A stretch of 60,605 bases of DNA, filler included, from Streblomastix strix (Eukaryota): assembly GCA_008636045.1 (NCBI GenBank). It is 3 parts of 3 records of this genome, joined end to end, with 100 filler letters (N's around TTAATTAATTAA, not from the genome) between each part and the next. Parts side by side here need not be neighbours in the genome. Positions count along the whole stretch, not along the records: positions 20,237 to 40,371 come from SNRW01000454.1; positions 40,472 to 60,605 come from SNRW01000455.1; 1 more part is not named here. The stretch is one strand, 5' to 3'. A program made the position numbers and the translations under genes. Below the pieces are notes generated by a model that saw only the letters and a program-made list of their open reading frames with translations, did no database searches and was not told the origin of the DNA. Below are positions 40,301 to 54,983 of this stretch, piece by piece (the stretch's first letter is position 1; every line of letters begins with the position of its first letter).

Positions 40301-40371
40301 ACATCTTTTCCCCATAACTATACCAAAGCATCTATTGAAGATTTTTTGAAGAAGAGAAATAAAGATAAATA
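34324..40371 (+). CDS. DDB1/CPSF160/SF3B3-family beta-propeller protein, 3'-truncated
   Basis: Exon 1 MTSKS...PGEITSAAVGHFQNLKQNLLILAK, exon 2 STILSLYVYD...VFRQVLSI...DCLLVVS; later LLVGGQYG and VIIKGERT; GT-AG introns at ~34462-34521, ~34792-34846 and ~38423-38547; long open code-6 exons. Confidence 0.7.
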
Positions 40372-40471
40372 NNNNNNNNNNNNNNNNNNNNNNNNNNNNN
40401 NNNNNNNNNNNNNNNTTAATTAATTAANNNNNNNNNNNNNNNNNNNNNNNNNNNNNNNNNNNNNNNNNNNN
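40372..40471. other. Artificial contig linker
   Basis: 100 nt of N with a central TTAATTAATTAA. Confidence 0.97.
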
Positions 40472-41099
40472 TGCAAAATTTTAAATATTTCAAATCTAAT
40501 TTTTTGAACATAAATAATAATTAATTTTATAAATATTTTCAAAATTGAGCATATAGAATAAAAGTCTAGTATTTCATTTAATAATTTTGATAATATTCCA
40601 ACAAACATAAATTAAATTAGTAAATACAAATATAGATAAAAAAATTAACTATAAAATTAAAAATGTAAATTCTGGTCTAGAAAAAATGTCAAATTAATTT
40701 ATTTTTTGAAAATCATTTCTATTTGTGATATTTCGATAGAATTTCGTCAATAAAGTTTCATATATATGTTTAAATGAAACATTTAGAAAATGTGTTTAAT
40801 ATAAATATATTAATCTGTTTCATATACCTAATAAGATAAATTTCTTCATTTTTCATCTGTAAGTAATAGAATTTTTAGATTAAATAAATTTATTTTTAAT
40901 CTAATTCAAATTTTAAAGTGGATTTCTTAAAAAAAAAATTTGGCTTTGTCAGTATACGATTATGATTTTTGGCTTTTGTAAAACCAAGTTTTCTGCCACG
41001 CAAATGAGATTGTAGTGGTATATATGCAATTATCATAACTTTTGTAACCATTGCAACAAATTTTAACAGTGTGCAGATTTTCTCAATTAGATTGGAAGT

Positions 41100-42560
41100 C
41101 AAAAAAAATTTATTCAATTTTCAGCGCACACAGAGATTATTTTACAAATAATTTTCGTATATATTCATCAAATAAACATATAAATTATTCACACAAAATT
41201 TTATTCTTAAATATGAAGGACTGAACTATAAATACTTTTTTTTTTTTCAAATTAATTCTAGATTTTTCAGGTAATTTTGGTTTGACCAAAGCTATATTGA
41301 GTAATAATTATGCTGTAATGGCCGGTACTAAGTATGAATACATAATTGAATAATAAATGAATCATTTATATAGAAATATTTTAATATTCATTTTTTTTTG
41401 TATTAATTCTTATTTATTTTATTCTTTTTATGTTCAGAGTCTACATAGCTTCAAAAATCTGGCTTTTGAAGAAGTATGATTGAAATCTCAAATGAATAAC
41501 ATTGAATCTAAATCTAAATTACTTTTATTTATTTTACTTAAAATTATTAATTATTTAATATATAATGAATATTGTATTATTTGTAGAATTGATTACTTTA
41601 GTGATATCTTCTCAATGGGAATTGTTATACATGAATTACTTGCAGGACTGAATAAGCTACAATTGAAATGATTAAATTTAGTAAACAAGATTAAATACCT
41701 TCTTTTATTCCCAGGGAGATGAAAGAATTGTTTACACATATATTGGGAAAGGTTTGTGATTATATAAATATAAATATAAATATTTATATTAATTATTTCA
41801 ATTTAATTTATTGTTATATATCAATTTAAGATTTATTGAAATATTCCACTAACAAAGTAGATCATAGAATAAGACACAATCAAGATATATCTTAGAATAA
41901 ATTTGACACAACTCGAAAAATCTATTAAGCTATGAACTTCGAATCTTGCAATTCCTTTACTGATAATTGGGTTAAATAGAAGAATGCAAGAAATATTATT
42001 CTCTTCTGTATGGGTATATGTGTCCCCACTGATTATAACATCTTACAGGCACTCACTCTCAACTTGGGGTTAAGACTATATTAATTAAGTATTTTATAAA
42101 TATTATATTATAATTGATTATTTATTTGATTTTTATTTAAATTATTAAGCTGAAATTATCCTAATTCAATATTATTCATTAATATTATATATATAATATA
42201 TATTTTAATTATAATATAACTTCACTATTATAATATATTAATATAGTATGCATTAACTTCACTTACAAGTGAATACCTCAGAGATACTGTAATCATTGGT
42301 TACACTTATACTCATACTAAATAGAATATAAATGAATTAACTCTTCAATTAGACTCTATATTCTTTAATAAAATTGTAAGATTAGAAGTTTATAGTTTAA
42401 AGAATTTATGAGGTTATATCAAATTTTAATAATTTACTTATTTATATTAATAATATTTAATAATTTTTTCATATTTATTCTTATTCATTTTATATTTATA
42501 TTTATTTGAACAGATTTTGGAATCGCTGATGAATCTATGCACTATGATCAAAAATAAATG
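41100..42560 (+). pseudogene. Degraded protein kinase followed by SPRY-like remnants
   Basis: Exons NFGLTKAILSNNYAVMAGT / VYIASKIW / YFSDIFSMGIVIHELLAG; DFG and APE are eroded and stops are present; boundaries approximate. Confidence 0.6.
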
Positions 42561-43120
42561 TCCTGAAGCAATTTGGGTATAATTAATATAATATTAATAC
42601 GATATAATGATTAAACTCATAAACAATCAATTTTATTACTTATTTCTATTAATCATTATTGTTTTATTATTTATATAACAGTGCTACTTTTGGTAAATGA
42701 ATGCTTCATTCAAAATCACAAAGATCGAATTTCTCTCAGCACTATCAACAAAACATGAAAAAAGATTTTGAGCATTTGAATATGAAAAAGAACTGAAAAA
42801 ACGAATAATAAATAAGAGAAAAGAAAAAGAAGAAAATGAAGCAACAATGCCAAAATAAGATTTAATTTTGATATTTTTGATGAAGAATGTTATTTATTTA
42901 AATATCTGATAATTGTTTTCATCTTAATTGGTATCATTTAACATTAGTTTTTAATCAATATTAATTTGCTATACAGTTAATAAAAGACACTTAAATATAA
43001 AATATTTAAATAAAGAAAATATTATACATTAATTCTTTATAGTTTTAAATAAAAATTGCTTCCAAACAAACAGAAGTCCAAAAGACCCATTGCCAGGTTA
43101 TTGAAAAACTTCTCACAACA

Positions 43121-44039
43121 ATGCCACTTGGAGGCGGTGAGAAAGGTAAAGATAGCTCGGATGATAATGATGTCCTATTTAATGAACATGTCGAAGAATC
43201 ACAAACAGTGGGAACGCCAAACGAGTCACTGAGTTAACTTTCAAGTGAACAAGAAGTTCAGAAGGGCAAAATATCATCAGGTGCAATCGAATAACTATCT
43301 GAAAATATTGAGTAATATATGGATTTGGTTGACGATGGATAATATACCGATGGTGAAGCGCAGCTGATTTCCTAAGAACTGATTTCCTCGTTCTCAAGAT
43401 TCTTTAGTCATTCGATTGTTTTCAAGTTGCTGAAGAAGAAGAAATGGGAGCAGAAGTTCCGCGACCAGCACTTCGACTCATAAATATTCAAAATTTAACC
43501 TTTGAACATGATTGGTGAAAACTTTTGCAGCAATCGAGCACAAAACGCGTGTCTGCAATACCCTCGTTGGCATCCAGTTAGAGAGCAAAATATAAAACAG
43601 TGTGAAGAAATTGAGTATAGGACATCAGCCATGTTAAACTTATTGAATGCTTAATAACCTATTCTTATTGAAGAACTTGCGAACAGCGTACTTCTTGTAG
43701 AAAAAATCATCTAAGCTAGCCGCGGTAAGATCTAGGTAGAATTGACATATGAAAACTGCGCATTCCTGCTTGCAACAGGGCTGATGATGACTCAAAAGTG
43801 CTGGAAGGATACGCACCGAGCGAACTCACGATGGGCATAAATAATTGGAGTAAATGTACAAATGCTAAATTCATTTGAATGCGAGATGTTTGAGGTATAA
43901 ATTCATTCTATAAAGAATTCTGTATTTATATTATATAATATTTATTATATAGGCACTAGATTTCGATGTTATTGTGAATGAAGATGAATTCAGTGTTGCT
44001 GTTTCAAAACTTAAATCACTTGTAATTCCTGAAGATTGA
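43121..44039 (+). CDS. Cyclin-fold protein, Pho80/U-type cyclin-like
   Basis: LLATGLMMTQKCWKDTHRANSRWAQIIGVNVQMLNSFECEMFE/ALDFDVIV; intron 43895-43952; TGA at 44037-44039. Confidence 0.75.
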
Positions 44040-45409
44040 AGAGGTTCTGCTTTGATATCAAAAAAATGATCCTAAAAGAATAATAATCATTCACACAATA
44101 TAAATTCAATGAATCATTCATTATTATATAACAATACTAATCTAATCAATCTGCAATATCGGCCATTGAATAATAGATGTGGTAGTAACCACAATGATCA
44201 ATAATACATTTCACAAACTTAATCATAATTGATAATATAATTATATTTAATCTATAAACCTTGTACGATGTTATATGAAGTAACATTCATTCATTGAGAT
44301 CGCCAAGGATCCTAAGAAAGTTAATATGAAGTCGTTTGTATGGAGTTATTAAGTTTGAATTTTTAATAGTTGAATAATTTTTATTTTAATTTTAATTTAT
44401 TATTTTTCATTAAGGAATTAATGTGATGGAGATTTAAATTTAAATTTTGTTTATTTTTCGTGTACTTCTTATGGAATATTATATAATTTAATATCTATTC
44501 AATTATCTGTATACTATAATATTGATATCTACCTATTCAAGTTGATTAAACTTTTCTAAATTAGTATAGAACTATTTCAAATTTTTAGTGATTTTTTCTC
44601 ATTACTTTCTTTGATTAAATCTTATTTTAATATCTATAATCGTTATCATTTCATATATTATATCCACTAATTCTTTTTCTTGATATTTTATTTTATTTTC
44701 TCATTCATTCAAATATTTTATACCTCACATTTAATTCCTTGTTCTATGAGTTTATTTTTTTGCTTTTTCCTAGATTTTTCTATTTACTTTTATTTTAATC
44801 TGTTAATTTATGCCTACAAACGCAATAAGCTACATCTTATATAATTACCACATCTAAATATATGACCGAAGGAACGGAAATTATGACCAGTATTTGTTTT
44901 CACAACATCCTTCTATTATCCAATAAAGTCACCTAGTTTAATTTTTGTTTGATTTTATAAAACTTTTATTTTGTCTAAAAGCGATAATTTTTCAAAAGAT
45001 TAGTTAGAAATTCCTATTCAAAATTTTGAAATTGAATCACGTTTCTCTCAATTTGTTAAGTTAAAGTTAAAATTTTAATTACAAAATATTATCTATATAA
45101 AATAATAATTTAATTTTCTAGTAAACATATAAAAAAACAATAAATAATAAAACTAAAATATCTGATTTTTTAAAAAAATTAGAAATTACCCTGAATGAAT
45201 AAACAAATTCTATATTATAATTTATTATTTTTACTATTAAAATTATTTAATTTTAATTTAATATTTAGCTACTAATTTAATTTCTTATTTAACATTTTTT
45301 GCAACACTTTTTAAAATTCAATTTATTTTATGTTTTTCTAGTATAATAACTCTTAAATTTTTATAATTTAATTTAATATTCAATAAAATTAGATATTGAA
45401 AGCTTGAAA

Positions 45410-48400
45410 ATGCAAAATAATTAAGATGAAGATATGGAATAACATGTATATACTGGCCTTGAGATTCATCGAGCACGTTTCTACTTATTATTTGAGGAAC
45501 TTTAAATGAAAGAAGAACCATCAAAGTTAGATTTGATTAACGAAGAAGGATTTTTGAAATTTTTAGCAAAGAACTAATTATAATAACAGAAATAATTGGA
45601 TAAAGTTAGAGAGGAAGGAGCATAACTTCTCTTCGATTTCGCGAACTATGTTTTGAATTACTTCAGATATGTTCTTAAACATGAACAGGATATGCGAGAT
45701 TAAGATAAACTAATACGAACCAATACTCTACTTACAGAAAAGGTAGAAACATTAATGAAAATAAGAGGTAGTCTTGAGACATAGATATGAAATCAGGACA
45801 TTACTTTGAAGTAAAGATAATAAGCATTATAATTATAACGAGAGCACTATTTCAAAGAAGTGATCCTACTCAAAGAGAAACTCCATGAAAAAGCGAAATT
45901 AAATGAGGCATACATACCAGATGAACTGGGAACATTCAACCCTCTTGCCTGGATCACAAAACTTATTGGGAAAGAAAATTTAACTGGGGATACAAGTATC
46001 CAATATTTATAATAGAAGACTCAAGAAGCCTTGGAGAAGATCAATGTCAGGCATTAACAGGATGTAAATGAGCTATAATATGAGATATAGGGACTTAAAT
46101 TTCAGTTAATTGGAGGGAAATTGACTCAGAAAGATGAGATCGAATATCAGAAGAGGAGGATAGAAGAAGAGAAAATTGATTCATAATTGAAACTGAAACA
46201 GGAAATAGATTCATATTAATATCTAACAGACACCCAGTCTAAAGAGATAGATAAATTAAAATACTAATTGAGTGCTGTAGTGACTAAATTAGAAGAAGTA
46301 TAATAAAAAGGAGGATATGTGGATGATTACAGATTTGATGATGATTATGGGAATGATAAGTAGAAACATGTTGGATTTACTTCATATCGTAATTATCAGG
46401 AGTAATAACAGTAAGAGAAATAAAAATAGAAAGTTGAATAAAGAAGAAAATCAAATTTGAAAAGTGAAAATGGTTCTGAATAAATTGATTTGAATGGGAA
46501 TGAATAATAGAATGAAGATGATAATATGCTAAATTTAACTGAATCTCAAACTGAAATGTAGAAAATGAAAGATTTTGGTAGTAAAAAGAATAAAACTAAC
46601 TATAAATCAAGTAAAACATTGATGAATTTATTGGAAAATAAGAAAATAAGCAAAGAGTAACTTCAGAAGCAAGTAACTGAAAAATTGGAAGGAATGAAAG
46701 AAGTAGATCGAATCAAATGGTTGAAAACACACATTAAATGGGGAAAATTAACTCATTTCTGGAAATCTGAGTACAATCAAGGTAAATGGCCTGATATAGA
46801 AGAATTGAAGCAATAGTAACAGTCATAATAACAATAAGAATAATAAATACAATAATAACCCAGTGAAGATAGAATGAGTTCTACATTAGGAAGGACATTA
46901 CGCGAGAAGATGCAATCCCCTAGAGAGATAGCTAAATTAGAAGCTAAGAAGAAAGTATAGGATATGATTAGATAGAGAGAAGAACTAGTATAATAGAGTA
47001 TCAAAGCAAGGAAAGAACTATAGAAATTAGATCAGGCGAATATAATCAAAATGAAGAATGTGAAAGAAGATTATGAAAAAGTTCAGAAGGAGAATATATA
47101 GAAATAATTAAATGCGAGAGGATTAGTTGTATCACTTGAAGAAGAAGAGTAGATCCATAAGAAAATGCAATAAAGACAAAAACAAATCGCATCAGTTGAA
47201 GCGAGAAAGAATGTTGATGAATTTGATAATAAGACTAAAACTAAATAAGAGATTGAATAGGAACTTGATGATGAAGATCAATTCTTGGAGGAATATCAGA
47301 AATTGGTCAAATAAAAAGGGATCAAAGCAAATGCATAAGCAGCTGATATAGAATGAGCTAGATTAGGTGGAGATTATTTCTCTTAATAACAATAAGATGA
47401 AAATGAAGCAGATTTCAGTGATGAAGATGATCCAAATGATGAAGATGATGAATATTTGGATGAACTTAATGACCAATTAAAAGAAATAGATGAAGATCTG
47501 GACTATGAAGAAGTGACTGAACAAGAAATGTAGGACAAAGAGAAGTACCCAGATTCAGTACTTGAAGATTATGAGAAAGATTAAGATTTCGCACCTGATG
47601 TAACAATGGAAGAAAGAAGAAGGAGATGCATTTTGAGGTATAAATAGAAATTAAGAGATCAAAAAAGAGAAGAAAGAAAGAAGAAGAGATAAGCAGAAAG
47701 AGAAATATAAAAAGCTGAGAAGCTGAAGAAGAAGATTAAGATTAAATAAGAGATGAAGAAAATGACTCCAGAAGAAAGAAGAGTTCATGATAGATTGAGG
47801 AAGATTGTCAATATTGATGATTTTGATATGGATGACTAATAATAATAAGGTTAAAATGGTGAATAAAAACCAAAATTAAGAACATCGAAGATTCCAGCTA
47901 ATTATTGGTCACATTTGGGAAGGAAGTCTCCTTATCATTATATTAACTAATCAAAGGCATTCAGAAAGACTGGTCAAAGAGATGCAAGAGAAGAGATTAA
48001 ATTGATTGAATAGGAATTATTGAGGGAAGTTCACATGCCTGTTGTGGCTTTTAGATTCCCAGGTTTGTTATGGAATAAATAAATGAACAATAAATAAAAA
48101 AACATATAAATGAATATTAATATTTATAATACTATCATTTGTATTCAGGTTTTTCAGATCCAACAACTCCATTTGAATAGAAAGGAGGAGGAGGAGTGAT
48201 TGTTTCTAAGATTTTGGATTAATAAGTTGAAAATCAATTGAATGAAAGAAGACAAAAGAAATTATAAATGAAGAAGGAAGTTGAAAAAGAGAAGAAAAGG
48301 TATGAAATATTAAATATAATAATATAATAATATAATAATATATTTATTTTATTAATTTATTCTATTGTAATTTCTAATTTTATAGAGAAGCCAAACTATT

Positions 48401-51400
48401 TGAAATTGAATATGAGAGAAAAAGAAGAAAAGACGAAAGAATGAAGGAAAAAGCAAAAGAAGAAATTGAGACACAATTGAATCAATTAGATTAACAGATG
48501 AAGGAAGGAACTGAATATTTATAAACAGAAGAATATAAGAGCCAGAATTAAGATTTAAGCTAAAACTTACTTCAAGATTAAGACCTTGAATAATACCAGT
48601 TTAATTTTAGTGGTGATGAGCTCAATAATGCATTCAATCAATCACAATCATATTCAAACATCCCATTGAATCCAACTTCTCCATTCTCAATATCTGAACA
48701 GCAATTCTTCAAACAAGTTAAATAGAACATATATTAAAGTAAGACTTTGAGACCTAAAACATAATAAGAAATGAGGTAATAAGATAAAGATAAAGAAAAG
48801 GATAATAAGAATGAAAGATAATTGAATGATTAAGGGAAAATGAAAGGAAGAGCTCAATCAGCTAAAATATTAGTATCTGATCGAGAATAAGAGAAAGAGA
48901 CGGATAAGATTAAAGTTGGGAAGAATAAACAATTTAGTGAAATTGTCAGAACTGTGAATTAGTTGAATAAATCAGATACAGAAGAAGATATGATCCAACA
49001 GTTATATGATCTTCAATACCAAATACAAGAGTAGCTATTTTTTCTATAAGGATCAACAGGCATAGTGAATATGAATATGAATCAATCATTAACAAACTAG
49101 AATCTTCTCTCTCCAATGTCATCTCAATTCTAATTCACTTTTCCATCTTTTACATTTTCATAGTCTCCATCTTAATCACAATTTTAATCAGCTACAATAT
49201 ACTAATAATAATATCAGTACAACAATGATTTATTATTATAGCAATAAATAGCGAATATCCAATAGAAGGATAATTTAATACAGTAGCAGAATGAGACTAA
49301 AGGCAAATTTGGGACAACACAACTTTCTTCTCCTTTTAATGCAGCATTGAGCACATTTAGTTCAGTGCGAAATAAGAGAATTAAGTAAAACATTACAAAT
49401 ATTAATAATCTGACTAATTTCAACAATAAATTAAATATCATAAGCAATAATGCAAATTTGAATGTAAATAATAGCTTGATAATAAATAAAATCGATTTGA
49501 ATGACAATCCAGATGTTCCACAGTTTGTTCCTATTTATGAAAGTCCACAAGAACTTGAATAGTAATTGTAATTTGTTCAGCTTCCTAAATCTGCTCCTAA
49601 CATGTCAAGGAAGCAAAATCAATAAAAATAATAATTGCAATTATTAAAAATGAGCAAAGAATAGTATTATTAAAGACAATTGGAGAAAGGAAATTAATTT
49701 AATTAGAAATTTGAAGATCAAATAAGTCAGTTTAATTAATTGAAAGAATAATATAACATTTAAAATTAATTCAATAATAATCTGAACAATGGTACAAATA
49801 TAAGCAAAGAGATAATGCGTTGGAGTGATGGAAATAAGAGCAATAATTAATAGCAGTAACAATAACCAAATAATCTTATTTCTGATTTATAGGACAGCAA
49901 TTAATATTAACAGTTGATTTAGTAAAAAGATGGAAGAATTCAATTTCTATTGAATGGACATGAGACAAAAGAATAAGTTGAAGATATGATTTTTATATTA
50001 AGAAATCGATTGAATGATATTGAAGGAGGTGAAAAATAAGAAAGAAATGAAAGAAAGAGTAAAATTGACTAAAAATAATAAGAAAAGAATGAAAAGATAA
50101 TAACAACAACTTCATCAACAATAAAATCATCATTAGTGAATAAAACATCCACACCACAAACATAACATTCTCCATCATAAGCACATCCACATTAATAAAC
50201 ACGTCCACACACACCTGAACTGAACAAACTAACATCAACATAATCACCATCTATTAAACAATATCAGCACAAACACAATAATATAATAAATGAACCTGAA
50301 TTATCAATATCACCTCTACTTCCATAATAACAATAAGACAATTCATTATTCCCATCTATTCGATCTCCTTCTTAATCTAATTATCCTCCACCTCTGCCTT
50401 CTCCATCATTACTTCTATATTAACATAATTATTAATAAGAGAAAGAATAATAATTAGAGAAAGAATAATAATAAGAGAAAGAATAATAATTAGAGAAAGA
50501 ATAATAAGAATAATAATAATAATAATAGTTAGATTAATAATAAGAATAATTAGTATAATAATCTCCTTCTCTTATTCCTTCTTCTCCATTATCTACATTG
50601 GTTATTTAGAATAGTTTCAGATCTTAATAATAACAACAATAATAATAATAAGATCAGTAACTATCTGAACCATCTTAAGAATTATAATAATAGTAATAAT
50701 AGCAATAATAATAATATGCTCATTCTTCTATTTTTGATCCAAAATTATTCTCTAAACCCAAATAACACAAATTACCCTTTATTTCTTCAAATGAAATGGT
50801 TCAATAAGAAAGAAAGAAATAATAAACAGATGAAAAATAAGAAATTGGAAACGATGAATTAAAGTAATAAAAAATTAATAATGAAAAATTTGAATAAGAA
50901 TAAGATTAAGGATTTAAAAAATATGAGATATATAACATTGATGATTCAAATCAGTTGAATGAATACTATTAAAAACAAGAAAATGAAAAACAATAGAAAT
51001 AAAAAGATGTTCAAAAAGATTAGACATCAAAAACAAACTAAGAATCTTAAAATGATAATCATTCATCAATTCCTATTACTTCTTCTTCTCCAATGTAATT
51101 CTCAGAACAAATTGCCACATCAACAAATAAACATTATTTGCCTTTTGATAATGAAAAATATTTGAACTAACATCATTTATCAGAAAAAGAACAACTTATG
51201 CAATAGTTGAAGTATTTACAATTTCATCAACGGAATTTGTCATTAAAAGAACAAAGAAAATATATTTAACCTGCATTTCAACGCATTGTAACCACACAAC
51301 ATACACCTTTCTATAGCTAATAACTATTCCAAGATAAATATTTATTCAACAAACAAAAATTCAAACGAAACCAAAAATACATTTGGCCTCTAAGACCAGA

Positions 51401-53090
51401 TATCCCATTTGATCAACTCCCACCAAAACTCCAATAAATTAAACAGAACAACGAAATCCAATAAAATAAATGGATTGATGTGGAGAACCTTGAAAGAGAA
51501 AGAGATATTATGAAGCTGACTGAAATAGATGAAGAGGATGAAGATGAAGATGAAGATGATTATTTATTATTTGGAATAAATGATGGATAAATTGAATAAG
51601 ATGGAGATGGATATAACAAAAGGAATAAAAATATTAATTAGTAAGAAAATGAAAATGAGAAAATGAATGATATGGAATTCTAATTGAAGTATGGTGTGGA
51701 CAGAGAATAATATAAACAGATGAGAGAATTGAAGAAATAAGTATGAATACAATTTTATTGAATATTTATATTAAATCATTTAAATTAAAAGAAACATAAT
51801 ATTAATTAAATATTTATTTGCTTTTTTATCTTAATTAAACTTAATCAGGCAATCCGTGAGCGCAATCTTCAAAGGCGATAACTTCGCAAATAACGAGAAT
51901 TGAGTAATTAAATTCAAAATTAAATCAAAACACAAATAATTCCATAAAACAAATAAAATTTCTCTCAGTCATATGCATTTGACAATTTTGAAAACTAAGT
52001 CCCCAATATTTATACAAATCTAAAAGAATATGAAGAAATATAATAAAAAGAAAAAGAAGCTAAGATTAAATAATAAGAAATTGAAAGAGAAAGAAGAAAT
52101 AGAAATGAAAATATATCAAATAATTCAAATAAGAGTATCACTTCATAAAATAATTCAAATATAAACAATAGTGGAGAAGTTTAAAGCAACAAAACTTCTT
52201 CTCAAACAAATCTTATTCCCATTTCACTTGACCCAACAAAACATCTTTCATTGAGTGTTGGTCTTAGTAATATTGATAATTAAAATAACAATAATTAACA
52301 ATAAATATAAGGATAGAATAATTTAAATGATAAAAGTGAGATTTAGAAAGAAAATATTAATATAAATGAAAATGGAAATAATTATAATAATACTGAAATA
52401 GTATTGAAAGCAAAGAAAATGAAGTATAAAACATATGAAAAGAATAATATGAAGAAAGAAAATAAAGTTATAATAAATGAAAATTTGAATTAGAATAACA
52501 ACAATAATAATTAATAGAAAAATACCATAGAAAAAAATAGGAAAAATTCTAAATCTGCTCTTTCATCTACTCGTATTGATTCATAATTAGTACATAATCA
52601 AATAGCATAACAACATCGGAGTATTTCTCGATCTTCATTTTCTTAATCTTTGTCATTATCTTTATAACAGTAATAATAACCTCCAGATTAAATCTAAAAT
52701 TAATTAATGTCAACTCAAAATTCATATCAAATATAATCTTCTCCTTCTAAACCACTTATGATGCCTCTATCTTCACGAAACCCTGTTAAAATATCATTAA
52801 CTATCAAATCTTAATCATCGTAATAAGAATATCGTAATCCTGCATTAAATGACCCACTTCAATCAATTCAATCTCATAAGAAAGATGAATAATAAAAAAT
52901 GTAAACAGCAGATTCAATAGTAAGAAAACAAACATAATTAAATTCTCCATCAAATTTTGGAACCAATCTTTTCCCTATATTAACATCGAACAATAATCGC
53001 CCTTCGCTAAGTTCATTATAAGCATCACTTGCAAAAACATCTAAAATCCTTGAATCACCTCTTCAGTAAAATCTGAATTCATAGAAATGA
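45410..53090 (+). CDS. Very large Q/E/K-rich coiled-coil, low-complexity protein
   Basis: About 7.7 kb open in code 6, with introns at ~48063-48148, ~48300-48386 and ~51741-51848; poly-TAA (poly-Gln) tracts and EKEQQL repeats at ~50436-50530; no recognised domain. Confidence 0.65.
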
Positions 53091-53568
53091 AAGAATTAAA
53101 CACATAGGGAAATGTAACTTACATCAACAGTCATTTAATTAATAGTTAGATAATAGTATTTTGCAATTGTATTATTAATTTTTATTTATAATTTTATTGA
53201 AATTTAACAATTTTTGTAATAAATTTCCGTATTATAAGCTCTGATTATACAATTCTTAATTTGAGGTTTATTTAGAAACAATTATTTTAAAATCCATATT
53301 CGAGATTTCTTCTCCTTACAATAATTTTAATCTATAAAGCAACTTTCCTTCTAAAAGAGTTAAAATCTATTAATATAAATCAAATTTAATAACTTAAGGA
53401 TAATGACATTGATTCTGTTTGTATTAAACGAGAATGAAATTATTAAGTTCAAAATTTAAATAATTTGAATATTAAAGACTAGTAGTAGTGATTCAGAATT
53501 GAAATGGGTTTAAATCTTATTATTGAAATAAATTCTATTAATCATTATATTTCTTTTTATTCATTTAT

Positions 53569-54983
53569 TCATTTCCATTCTTCTCCCCATTAAAGAGCTT
53601 TTGATCCTTCAGCTCCTTATGAAGTAGATTTAACCAATCTTTCAAATTTTGTTATTGTGAAGGAAGAAGATCTATAATAAATGCAGACCTAAATGAATGA
53701 AATAGAGAATTAATAAATGAATGTAGAATAATAATTATATAAAAAGATTGAGAAATAAATACAAATAATTCATTAATTCATTAGTTATAAAAAGTAATTT
53801 ATTTCTATTTGCAAACGAACCAAGAATCTAATCTCAGACGGTATTCCAACCACATAGTTAGGTTGCTCAATATCATCAATAAAGAACGTAACTTTGCGTG
53901 GAACAGTTGTAAGGTCGACCTCAATTCCCATTTTAGATTCTTCGGAATACTCTTGATTACCTTTTAGATGACTGCTTATATGATCAAGACTTCCGCTGAT
54001 AATAAAATATAATAAATGAATGTAATACATGTGATTATGATTAATAAATAATATAGTATTAATTAATAATATAGGATTATCAAAATATTATTATCATTAT
54101 TTTAATTGAATAATATATAATTCATACTCATTCCAATATCTAACTGTCTTTTTATCATCTTCACAATATGCATTCGAAAAGTTGTTGAATATAAAATAAT
54201 AATAAAATAGAAAAGAAGAAAGTCAAAATAAACCAAAAATAAATAAGAATAATTGTTATTACATTTTACTAAATATAATATTGAAAATAAGAATTAATTT
54301 AAATTGTATATTAAATTAATACTCCCATCAGCAGAGGGTTCTTTTCCAGCAGCAAAATAACAAGATGTATCTGCAATGCCCATGCCTGTCACAAATTAAT
54401 ATAATATATAGTTGATTGAAATAAAGAATAATTATATTATTATAATATATTATTTTCATATTCATATTCACATTAATTAATTCATATTAACATACCCATT
54501 AAAAATGCAGAATTCTCAAAAATTATTTCTATTCTGGTTATCCCTTCATTTATAATTGGATCAATTACTATTGAACAATGATTAAATTAATTTGAGTGAA
54601 TAAATTTATTGCCAACTGCTCTTCCTTAACTTAATTCCTTTATTATGAATAAAGGTGTTACTTGAACTTAAGATTATTGAATGAAAAGTTAATAAATTAT
54701 TTTTTGAAAAAAAAAAATAATTAATAAATTTATAAAATAATTAAAAAATTAATAAATATAAAATATTTTATTTTATTTTCATTTGATATTATTTATTCGT
54801 ACTTATCGATTATATTACACTTAGAAATCGTGGATGTTCTTTTAATTTATAAATATTTTTGCACAAAATAAGAAATTATTAAACATCCTGGGGGAGTTTC
54901 ATCTCAGATAAGATTTTAAGAATTATATCTGGTCCCAATCCTAGCAGACCTCCATCTACGTTGTAAACATTGACATGGTCCAT
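53569..54983 (-). CDS. F-box-like plus B30.2/SPRY-like protein, multi-exon
   Basis: MDHVNVYNVDGGLLGLGPDIILKILSEM...; later exons IVIDPIINEGITRIEIIFE, GIADTS and MGIEVDLTTVPRKVTFFIDDIEQPNYV; ends QWGEEWK*. Confidence 0.6.

Noticed and set aside
49214..51752. Hydrophobic Leu/Ile/Phe-rich minus-strand ORFs
   Set aside because: They are antisense readings of TAA/CAA/GAA-rich coding sequence, not membrane proteins.
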